NCBI RefSeq assembly: GCF_009914755.1
Contig: NC_060931.1
From: the human T2T-CHM13v2.0 reference genome, Homo sapiens
Strand: one strand, 5' to 3'
Length of the DNA: 64,000 nucleotides
Below the pieces are notes generated by a model. The model made no database searches, had not been told where the DNA came from, and worked only from the letters and a program-made list of their open reading frames with translations. Positions 1 to 11,555 of this stretch are shown piece by piece. The position numbers and the translations under genes were made by a program. The number at the start of each line of letters is the position of its first letter. Position 1 is the stretch's first letter.

Positions 1-399
1 TAGAGAATATTTTCTGAATTTGCTCTTTGATTACTCCACGTCTCTGCATAGAATTTTCTGACACTCACTCATCAGGATGTGTTTATAAAGGGTTTTCTTT
101 CTTCCTCTTCACATTTAAATGATATAGAATTACCCAAACTTCCTGTTGCTACTGAAACTGAAGCAAGAGAAGCAAGGGAAATTGAAACTGAAAATGTGAA
201 CCAGCGACTTTACCCAGAAGCACAGTTGATGGCATCAATGAGATCAATTTTTTAATGAAATTAAAGAAAGTAGAGGTTTCAGCTGACACTGTTTTTCTCC
301 AGACTCTCTACTATGCGGCAGGATGGTAGTTGTTTCCTCTCAACGGAGCTAAAAATTAACTTCATCCTATGGCATGATGTATTAAAATCAGGAGTGTTT

Positions 400-712
400 G
401 GCCCGGCGTGGTGGCTCACGCGTGTAATCCCAGCACTTTGGGAGGCCGAGGTGGGCGGCTCACGAGGTCAGGATATCACGACCATCCTGGCTAACACGGT
501 GAAACCCCGTCTCTACTAAGAATACAAAAAAAAAAAAAAAAAATTAGCCGGGCGCGGTGGCGGGCGCCTGTAGTCCCAGCTACTCAGGAGGCTGAAGGAG
601 GAGAATGCCGCGAACCTGGGAGGCGGAGCTTGCAGTGAGCCGAGATCGCGCGACTGTGCTCCAGCCTGGGCGACAGAGCGAGACTCCGTCTCAAAAAAAA
701 AAATAAATAAAA
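400..712 (+). mobile_element. AluY SINE, full length, with expanded middle A-linker
   Basis: Alu dimer with AluY diagnostics (ACCATCCTGGCTAACACGG, GGAGCTTGCAGTG); 16-bp TSD TAAAATCAGGAGTGTT at 383-398 and 713-728. Confidence 0.95.
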
Positions 713-1896
713 TAAAATCAGGAGTGTTGATGGTAACTTTCTCTTTCCCCTCTCCAACAGGTAATTTCTCTCAAGATCCAACCCAAGCTATTCTATATAC
801 ACAAGGTCAGCAAACATTTGATTCATTTTGTCAGCTTTAATATAAATCAAAATCACACCCAGGAGGCTGGGGTGTGGTCAAACAGACATCAAATCCCCTA
901 TTGCCCTAATAGCCAGTCAGTCACCCCCCTCTTTCATGTGGGAAAGAACACCGGAAGCAATTTGACAAGTAACAATCAGGCTTCTGGAGCCATGGACAAT
1001 TGCTGTTAACTCTTGACTGTTCTGACAACATTTTAGAGCTATCTTTCAGGAATATTAGCCTCCCCCATTAACAAAACGGGGAAAAGCTCATTCCTCAAGG
1101 ACCTCACTCTTCATTTAGTTCAACAGTTTGGATGGAGAAGGGAGATGTATCTTGAGGGAACACAAGTACATTGATCCCATTTTCTACCTCACTACATTGC
1201 TTGCAGGAAGAGGTCTGCAACTTGGTTCACCCCTTTTTTTTTCTGCTTTAGTATTTTAGTTGGGTCAAAGTAACTAAAGAGTTACTTACTTAAATTGCAT
1301 ATTGCGATCCCCATAATTTCCACTGGGTAAAATTTAGCTATACACTGAAGCTTGCTGTAAACATGCAAGCAAGTTGGGAGAAAATATTACCATTAGAGAA
1401 GTGGAAAAAGACCGGCCCCCTTCTCCATCATCACCAATCAGGTGTTGAGTGAAATCTCCCGCTTACTATAACATATTACTCTCACAGAGAATAAACACCG
1501 TATCTTTCAGTAAGGATCTCTGACCTGTCATTGTGAAGGGAGGACTAGCCAGACTGAGGGTGTGGTGAGGAACTAGGGGAAGCACAGACAGAAGAAACTG
1601 CTTTGAGAGGAGAAGCAACTTTGAAGTGTTGCTTAGTCCAGGCCCTGACCTAGGGTTTGGTTTTTTTGAAGTCTGTCATTAACCCTTCCCTCACTTTCCT
1701 TCTACTCTTCAAGTCCTATTACATTCATAGGAATGACTGATTTGCCCCCAGGTATTTTGCTGGTCCTGGGATCGCAGAGAGGAAAAGATACAATCCTGCC
1801 CGCAGGAACTCAGTGTATAGAGATGGCTTCTCCAACTTAACTATTACAGAGGGCTGATAATACTTTTCAGACATGTCGATCCAAAATGACCAATTA

Positions 1897-2370
<474 letters not shown>

Positions 2371-2384
2371 AAGAAGTTTTATTG

Positions 2385-2660
2385 GTAGTATTTGTTCTCT
2401 GTTAAGCCCATCTGTTGAGTTCTTGATTTCATTTATCAAGTTTTTCAATTCTAGAATTTCCATTTGGTTATTTTTTATATTTCCAGGTCTCTGCCAATGT
2501 CCTCAATCTTAATTTTTATTTCCTTAAACATTTTAAGCAAATCATTATAGAATCCATGTTGGATAGTCACATTATCAAGATCCCCTATTGGTCTAGGTCT
2601 ATTGTCTGTTATTTTTTTGGTATTCAGTTACATTTTCTAGTTATTTTTGGTTGAATTCTG
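2385..2660 (-). mobile_element. Old L1M (L1ME-like) fragment
   Basis: CTGTTAAGCCCATC...TTCTAGAATTTCCATTTGGTT resembles the antisense ORF1 region of old mammalian L1s. Confidence 0.55.
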
Positions 2661-2878
2661 TCTTTGGCAAGAATATGTCAGTCACCTTTTGAATAGGATG
2701 AATGAATCTGTTACACCTTATGGAAGCCATAAAATCTATGCTGCCCCACATGGTGGCAATGGTGTATATACAAATGAAAATCTAAGAACCCCACTGACCT
2801 TCTGCTGACCAACATCGTAGTGAGGTAAAGAAGTCTCAGAGTTTAGCAAAGTATTATCCTTAAAGAATCAAATGAGAT

Positions 2879-3320
2879 TGTAACCAGTTCATCTTGCCTG
2901 CTGCCCAGATACAGCCAATTTGTAAAGACAGGGAAGTGCAATAGAGAGAGATTTTAATATGCATAGAGCCAGCTAAATAGGAGACCAGAATTTTACTATT
3001 ATTTAAATCAGCCTCCCCAAAAATTTGGAGGCTAGGATTTTTTAAAGACACTTTGGCAGGCATGAGTTAGTTCCTGGGTAGGGGCCACAAGACCAGATGA
3101 GTTGGTTTACCATTCTGGGTGGTGCCAGCTGATCCATCAGAATGCAGGGTCTAAAAGATATCTCAAGCACCAATCTTAGGTTTTATAGTAGTAATGTTAT
3201 CTATAGGAGCAATTGGGGAGGTTAGTAATCTTGTAACCTCTGGGTGCATGACTCCTGAGTCATAATTTTTAATCTTATGGCCAATCTGTTGATTTTACAA
3301 AGGTGGCCTGGTCCCCAAGA
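2879..3320 (-). mobile_element. LTR8-family (ERV1/MER4 group) LTR, partial
   Basis: Reverse complement of TGTAACCAGTTCATCTTGCCTGCTGCCCAGATACAGCCAATTTGTAAAGACAGGG matches the LTR8/8A/8B 3' end (...GGTTACA). Confidence 0.75.
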
Positions 3321-3914
3321 TACATTTTACCCAAGATGTAATATCACAGGAAACCAGAACCTTCCACTCAACCTCTCATACACAACTGGCTTTGTTAGTT
3401 TCCCACCACATTCAAGAGCACCTGATGCCCTAAACTGTTTAAGGTTGAATTAAGGAGTGCTCTTTTCAAACTATCCCAATTTCCATGAAAACCAAAGACA
3501 GCAGAAGACCTAGAAAATATTTATAGAATTGGGTATCTTGGGACATGAAACAAGTGGATACTTACATATGTGAATCTCACATGTCTTAATATCCAGACTA
3601 ATTCCACCTTGACCTATTCTTACATACTATCTATTTTTCTCTTGGGAAGTTTTCTAATACTAGCTTAGCATCAGCATGTCTGTTTCAGTGAAATTAACAC
3701 GTTAAAATATCCCCACTGGAGGTCAGTGAGTCAGGGCACATGCTGCTCTACAGAGGGGCCCAGTTACAACCTAAGGAGTAGCACTTCATCAGAGCTACCT
3801 CTTCAGGCCACATTCCCCACTACCTCAACCAACTGCTCCTCAGAAGAAGTAAGATGGATTTGTGGGAAATGATTTCCTTGAGCCATTTTTCCAAAGATAG
3901 TGGGGCATTCTTAA

Positions 3915-3948
3915 ATGGTATTCATTTGAACATGGTATTCATTTGAAC
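3915..3948. repeat. Perfect 17-bp tandem duplication
   Basis: ATGGTATTCATTTGAAC x2. Confidence 0.95.
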
Positions 3949-4395
3949 TTTGACATAATGCCATTATTTTGTAAATGCCATATCCTGGATAGCTAACTAT
4001 GGCTGACAATCTACCCCTCATCATGACTGTGCTCAAATGCAGATATCTCTAGTGCATCATTGAACGAAAGGAATTTCACACACTTAAGCCTCTCTGAAAT
4101 TTTCATCTTTCAATTGTTCACTTTTGTAACTTTTTTGTGGGGATGAAATTGACACTTTAAAAAGAAAAATTGAAGCTTGTGATGGGATTCTAAAATCTAA
4201 AAAATTTCCTTTCCAATCATATTTTAAACTGTTAGATCGTTTGCCCATTTATTGTCAATTTAACATGAAAACAGACACATGTGCACATGGACACATACAC
4301 ACAGGCACATGTGTTGAAGGCCTCTAGCAAGGTTGATGAGACTTGCTCAACTCTATTGCTAGCCACAGATGAGCATACAGGAAGGTCGTAGGACC

Positions 4396-4597
4396 CAAGT
4401 GTGTCCAACCCACAGCCTGTGGGCTGCATGTGGCCCAGGACGGCTTTGAATGTGGCCCAACACAAATTTGTAAACTTTCTTTAAAAAAAATTTTTTTTAA
4501 AGCTCATCATCTATTGTTAGTGTTAGTGTATTTTGTGTGTGGCCCAAGACAGTTCTTCTTCCAGTGTGGCCCAGGGAAGCCAAAAAATTGGATACCC
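4396..4597 (-). mobile_element. MER30 (hAT-Charlie non-autonomous DNA transposon)
   Basis: GTCCAACCC...GGCCCAGGACGGCTTTGAATGTGGCCCAACACAAATTTGTAAACTTTCT...GGCCCAGGGAAGCCAAAAAATTGGATACCC is the MER30 reverse complement. Confidence 0.9.
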
Positions 4598-4599
4598 AA

Positions 4600-4960
4600 T
4601 AGTGCCTTTGAGATTGACGCCTATGGGGAAATGGAGGGAGCAGAATTGGGTGGAGGGAGAAGTTGGACCATGAAGCAGTCCTAGCAAAGGCCTAAGCCAA
4701 TTCCTCAGGGAAACTGTGCAGCCAGGATAGCCCTTTGGTCTTGTTCTACTGGAGTCTGTCCTTGCTACCCTAATATTTACGAGTCATTGGATAAGGACCG
4801 CCCAGGGAGGAGCCATGACCTTGGACAAGACAGCTCTCTTCAGCTCCTCTTAATTCCCTGAGAAGAACTCAGCTGAGGGTCATCAGCTGCCAGCACTCCC
4901 AGCAGCTGAAGAATGGGTGCCTCAAACTTGAAGTGGGGACTGGCCCACATACCACAGTGT
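4600..4960 (-). mobile_element. LTR16-family (ERVL) LTR
   Basis: CAGCTGAGGGTCATCAGCTGCCAGCACTCCCAGCAGCTG and CATGACCTTGGACAAGACAGCTCTCTTCAGCT match LTR16C-like antisense. Confidence 0.7.
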
Positions 4961-5100
4961 TCCGTATAGAATGACAGTAAAAAAAAGTGGTCATGAAGCT
5001 CATCTACAGTTTCTGTCTTCAAACCTGTAATTTTTTTCATTTAGGTTTTTCAAGATTATCCCAGACCCTCCCATTTCCAGCAGATTTCTTTGTGCTTTGA

Positions 5101-5448
<348 letters not shown>

Positions 5449-6064
5449 TGAAGATTGAAAAGCAGACTAAAATAGTATTGGCCTGAGAACTCCCAAAAAA
5501 TTATCTGGACAACTACAAGGTATGCCTTGCTCCAAAACAGTAATTTCAGATCTGCCAGAACCAATTTGGGCTTCTGTGAAAAGTAGAATTGAGCTTAGGA
5601 AGGAGGGAAGTGGGTGGCTGCCAGTGCAGTATGACTGGAGTGGCCGTGGAAAGATTTCCCAGGCCCATCTGCTCTGAAATCATCTTTATTCGTGACAGCT
5701 TCTGAACTCCAGAAGTGCTCACCTGTCAGTGTCCTTCACCTGTCTCCTATTGCTGTTTGTCATTTTGTGTTTAACTGAAATCCTAGGCTTGAATACCTGA
5801 GGCCCCGAACCTCTCGAGGTCAGGCCAGCCTACTATTCCTCTATGTCCATGGGACCCACAAATGCAGCAAGTGAAATTGCCGTCATTCCTGCCTTGGTTT
5901 TCGCCCAACATAGGAAATGATTATACCTACATGGAGCTGCAGTGAAAGACATGATAGATGCTAACACTTCACCTGGAGATTGCTAAATACCAGCTGATAA
6001 GATTGAAGGCTGGATGAGAGCCTCTGGGGAAAGGGTTGCTGAACAGCAAAGTGGACAGACAGCT

Positions 6065-6619
6065 ATGGTAGGCAGAATTTCTGAAAATGCCCTGAGGGAC
6101 GTCCCATCCTAATCCTCAGAACCTGTGAAGATTGAGATATCACTTCTATGATTATGTTATAAGGTACAATTAACCTTAAAATAAGGAGATTGCCTGCACG
6201 GGCCTAGTGTAATCGCATAAGCCTGTAAAATTAGCTTTTCCAAAGAGGGGCAGAAGAGGAAGTTAAAGAGTTGCTGCTTTGAACATCGAGGGGACCATAT
6301 GAGAAGGAATGTGGATGGCCTCTAGGAGCAGAGAGGACCCCAGCTGACATCCAGCAAGAAAGCAGGGACTTCAGTCTTAAAACCACAAGGGTGGAATTCT
6401 GCCAATATTCTCAATGAGCTTGGAAGTGGATTCTTACCCAAGCCTCCAGGGAAAAGCCCTGACAACACTTTGACTTTGGCCTGTGAGACTCTTGAGTATA
6501 GAACCCAACCTAGCCTGCCTGGAGTTGTAACCTACAAAAGCGTGAGATGATGAACTGGTGTCATTTTAAGCTGCTAAGTTTGTGGTAATTTGTTGCTGCA
6601 GCAATAGGGAACTAGTACA
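6065..6619 (+). mobile_element. MLT1E/D-like MaLR solo LTR
   Basis: Starts T(A)TGGTAGGCAGAAT; GGCCTCTAGGAGC, AATGAGCTTGGAAGTGGATTCT; ends TTTGTGGTAATTTGTT...GCAGCAATAGGGAACTAGTACA. Confidence 0.85.
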
Positions 6620-6889
6620 GTAGCCAAGACAAACAAGTCTACTTGTCACTATTTTTGAAAAAACACTTTCTTTGGAAGAAACTGGAATCTGCCTCTAAAA
6701 CCATCTGGCATCTGGCATAAGGGGAAGGCGGACTGAGATCCAAAACTATTATGTGCCGGCTTGAGCTTCAACTTTATGTATACCAAACCATTTATACCTC
6801 ACACCTACCCTCTGGGACGAACACTATTATTATCCCAGTGTTATCTCCATGGGCTTCTAACTGCTGTTCGGAGAAATTAAATGATTGGA

Positions 6890-7105
6890 CCAGTAAGTTC
6901 TCAATCCCAGCTGTGCACCAGAATCACCGCATCACCTGAGTTTTGTTTATTTTGCTTTGTTTTGTTTTTAAGCTAATGAGCTTTTAGAGAGTCAGGATGC
7001 TGAGGCCTCAACCCTGACCCACTGAATCAGGGAGGCCCAGACCTCTTGCACTTATTAAAGCTCTTGGATGATTCTGATTTAACCCAGATGTTTGGCAACC
7101 AGTGG
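6890..7105. mobile_element. MER5-family hAT-Charlie MITE
   Basis: CAGT..TTCTCAA...AGAATCACC...ACTGAATCAG...GATGATTCTGAT...TTTGGCAACCAGTGG degenerate palindromic layout. Confidence 0.6.
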
Positions 7106-7636
7106 TATAAAGTGTGGTTAATGGACACCAGCATCAGTTGCCCTCAGGGTGGTGGTAACCGCTGATGTTGTGTCCCTAACAGCCATCCTCTGCTACTTCA
7201 CTTACAGCAGGACCTCAGGTGTGCTCAGATGGCTACGTGCCTGGCCAGAGGGGGTTCTCAATTTTCAGCTCTAGTCATGTTATCACATTTCTCTTTCCCA
7301 ATACCATCCTGTGAAGGTTAATTTCGTGGAGCAACTTGACTGGCCATGGGGTTCCCAGATTAAATATTATTTCCAAGCGTCTCTGTGAGAGTGTTCCCAA
7401 ATAACATTAGCATTTGAATCAACAGACTTAGTAGGTTGCCCTCCCCGACATGGGTAGGCATCATCTAATCTACTGAGGGTCTCAATAGAACAAAAGGTGG
7501 AGGAAGGAGGAATTTGCCCTCTTTTTCCTGCCTCACCCCTTGACCTGGGTCATCTCATCATCTCTAGTCCTTAGACTGGGATTTACACCATCAACTCCTC
7601 TGGTTCTCAGGCCTTTGGACTTGGACTGAATTACAC

Positions 7637-8272
7637 TGTCAGAGGCATTTGAACCAGAGTGACTCCATCTTGCATAGGGGCTAGGTAAAATAAGGCTGAG
7701 ACCTGCTGGGCCGCATTCCCAGGAGGTTAGGTGTTCTAAGTCACAGGATAAGATAAGAGGTCAGCACAAGATACAGGTCATAAAGATCTTGCTGATAAAA
7801 TAGGTCACAGTAAAGAAACTGGGCAAAACCGACCAGAACCAAGATGACGACAAGAGTGACCTCTGGTCGTCCTCACTGCTCATTATATGCCAATTATAAT
7901 GCATTAGCATGCTAAAGACACTCCTACCAGGGACGTGACAGTTTATAGATGCCATGGCAATGTCAGGAATTCACCCTATATGGTCTAAAAAGGGGAGAAA
8001 CCGTCAGTTCTGGGAATTGCCCACCCCTTTCCCAGAAAACTCATGAATAATCCATCCCTTGTTTAGCATATAATCAAGAAGCCACAATAAGTATAAGCAG
8101 CAGAGCAGCCCATGCTGCTGCTCTGCTTATGGAGTAGCCATTCTTTATTTCTTTACTTTCTTAATAACTTACTTGCTTTCACTTTACTCTATGGACTTGC
8201 CCCAAATTCTTTCTTGTGGGAGATCCAAGAACACTCTCTTGGGGTCTGGATCAGGACCCCTTTCTTATAACA
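7637..8272 (+). mobile_element. MER41B-like ERV1 solo LTR
   Basis: TGTCAGAGGCATTTGAACCAGAGTGACTCCATCTTG start; ends GGGGTCTGGATCAGGACCCCTTTCTTATAACA; near-TSD ACAC/CCAC. Confidence 0.9.
8008..8037. promoter_or_regulatory. Tandem GAS (STAT) motifs in MER41B
   Basis: TTCTGGGAA (8008-8016) and TTCCCAGAA (8029-8037), both TTCN3GAA. Confidence 0.65.
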
Positions 8273-10707
8273 CCACCACCTGCTTTCTTGGGTCTCCAGC
8301 TTGCAGATGGCAGATTGTGGGACTTACTTCTTAGCCTTCATAACTGCATGACTAATTTATCATATTAAATCTTATTTTCTTTATATATATCTCCATCCTA
8401 CTGGTTTCTCTGGAGAACCCTAATACATTTCCCATCTCTCTGCAGCTAGAATCAGCCAGAAACATATAAGGAGACTCCACCAGGAGTGGGGAGTTCTTGG
8501 GAAAGCTTTTGCTTCTGAAAAAAGATAAAAGTACACAGGAGAGCTGTCTGGTGCCATTCCTTGAGCATGTGAGAGACTGTGTCACCGGGAGCAGCAGTTA
8601 TCTGTGGCCATAAGTTGAGATGACTGGATGAAATGCTAACATGTTGAGAAGGTAGGACAAAAAGAAAGAACCAGGGACACTGATGACATTGTTGAGGTGC
8701 ATCAACCCTAGAACCATTATTAAGAGATTTATTATGTGAAATATTATTATTTACTGTTTTACTACTTGTAGCTGAAAGCATTTCTAACTGTGTACAGGAC
8801 TACTTTTAAACGCAAGAAAGAATTTCTGGTGTTGAGGACTGGGTTATTTGCATTAACAACCATCCAATTCTTTGTGCACTGAAGTCTAAGTCACCCACAT
8901 TCTAGGGTCACCTACACAGATAGTGATGAAGCTGCTTCTAACTGGTCCATGTTTTTTCCACTCTATGATAGTAAAAACAAATAGAAAAACATCTGCATTC
9001 CTCCCTTTTTACACACTCCCTGCGGCAATATTGGTATTAGACATAGCAGAAAATAATAACTAAGAAAATAACTTGAAGAAAACATGTCTACAAGCTTTTT
9101 GTTAAGAAAAAAAAAAAAAAACCCAATCTTTAAAGCCCGTATTTATTATACAAATAAATCAGAAATAATAGGTATATGGGGAGAAATGGGAGAAGAGAAA
9201 GGAAAGCCAAGATAGTGCTCATTTTTCACATTAATTCCAAAGGACAAAGGATGGGATGGGAGCTCGGGGGTTTCTGAAAATGCTCACCACAATCAGTTTA
9301 CACAACTTTTCAGAAATATGTTAACTCTGTATCAGAGCACACTTTAATAATCTAGATATATATAGAGACACAATCTGTTTGTCTAAAGAAGCTTCCAGAT
9401 TTTCCATTTAGTGTGTCTTTTACCTTTACCATAACCCTGAGTCATCTCTGATAGTTCTCATTTTGGAAGTGATTCCATGCATAGAAAGTTGTGTGTGGGC
9501 TCCCTAAGGACAGTAGCTGGGTCCCTTTTGTTCATTGGCTTACCCATAGCCTGCAGCACAATGCTTTGAACATAGGTAGTATTCAACCAATGTCAACTAC
9601 AAGATCCCAGAAGACCCAGAAGACCCCTTACCTTTAGGAATGTGTGTCTTGTGAGGCACCTGGGATATTATCGCTAGCTCATTTTCTCAGACAAAACACA
9701 GAACAGTGACATAGTTTTGTAAAGGTCACAGGGCTAAGCAGCTCTCTCCAAATTTAGTCCTGTGCACTTTTCCCCAGATTTATTCCCAACAATGCCTGCT
9801 ACACTCTTTAAAAACCAGCCTCAGACACATCTGTTCTATGAAAATTACATGGAACAGAGAAGTAACTATTTCCTCTCAGTGAACAACATTCTGCCATTTA
9901 AAAGGAAAAAGTGAACTTTGTGGGTTCCTCTTGTATAATTAGGATTTAATTTCCTTCAGATGGAGATGTGTAACTGATATTGCATATTATATACTGCACA
10001 GTCACTAATATAGAGAGATTCAATATGCATTCACTATGACAATGCATCAAAGAACTTTTTTTTTTACCCTTTTATCTTCATATCCCAGTTTGCTTTGCAA
10101 AAAGAATGGCATTTCATTAAATATATAAATAAATAAAAGACTATTTTTTCAAGATTCACTAAACAGGTGTTGCTTACCTTAAGGCAAAATTTTTATAAAC
10201 TAAAAAAATTCAGTTTCTGTAACTGTTCCAACATGAAAAGGACTAGTTATTCACCTGAGAGGAAATGTCTTATAATGAAGACTTTTTATTGAATCTGGAT
10301 TAGTCCCTTGCCCAACACTAATACTGACATTTTTCCTGCTGAGTTGCAAGTGGCAATTCACTTTTGGAAGAATTTATGGGAAAATATAACATTATTCTAT
10401 TTCCCAACCACAAGTTTTGTTTATTCCTCACACTATATAGATGGTGAGTCTCAGAGAACTGGGGGCTTCTTTGCTCCTTGATGGGGAAACCCAGCTGTGT
10501 GCTTCACGCAGGGCTGTCCATAGCCTGCAGCACAAGGCTTTGAACATATGAGGGGGTGTTCAACCAATGGCAACTGCAAGATCCCAGAAGGCTCCTTACA
10601 CTGTGGGGACTGACAGCCTCTTATTCCCCAGTAACTCCTGTGGTGTTTCCAGCTTCACTCTTACATTGGCAAGTAGGGATGGAACGCGCTGACTGCCGTG
10701 TGAATGA

Positions 10708-11044
<337 letters not shown>

Positions 11045-11426
11045 CATTAAATATTTTTTAATGTGAGAAGATATACTTATTATCATGAACATACAAGGGA
11101 GGGATTTGATCACAGCCGAGCATTGCGGACATGTGACTTTGCGTGACTTGAAAAACCCTGGATACCAACATCTGATCAAGTGGAAAATTCATATGCCTAG
11201 GAAAAGTAGCCCCTGTGATGGGTGAATCTGGTGGCACTGAAATTTTTTCTTTAACTGCATTGAAAGGAGATGTATCAAACAAGCCTCAGCATGTTATTTA
11301 ATTATGAGATCTGTTTTAAAATTTAAGTGAGAAACCAGGATATCTAGAAGCAAGTTATAGAGAATGCAAAACCTATTCCCCTTTAGGTATTCAGCTTGAT
11401 GAGCCAAGTGATAATAATGGCTGTAG

Positions 11427-11555
<129 letters not shown>

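Larger units (their letters stand above)
7310..8427 (+). mobile_element. MLT2 (ERVL) solo LTR interrupted by MER41B
   Basis: TGTGAAGGTTAATTT...CAACTTGACTGG start; GGACTGAATTACAC|...|CCACC...GGGTCTCCAGCTTGCAGATGGCAGATTGTGGGACTT; ends CTCTGGAGAACCCTAATACA. Confidence 0.85.
7160..8790 (+). mobile_element. MLT1K/J/L-like MaLR LTR, split by nested MLT2 and MER41B
   Basis: CAGCCATCCTC...5' part (7160-7305); 3' part 8430-8790 with TTCTTGGGAAAGCTTTTGCTTC, CACTGATGACATTGTTGAG and ACTTGTAGCTGAAAGCATTTCTAACTG. Confidence 0.55.

Noticed and set aside
313-781. Alu-overlapping ORFs here and elsewhere (for example 1894-2340, 10711-11028, 36510-36917)
   Set aside because: Typical Alu translations ([25 protein letters not shown]), not genes
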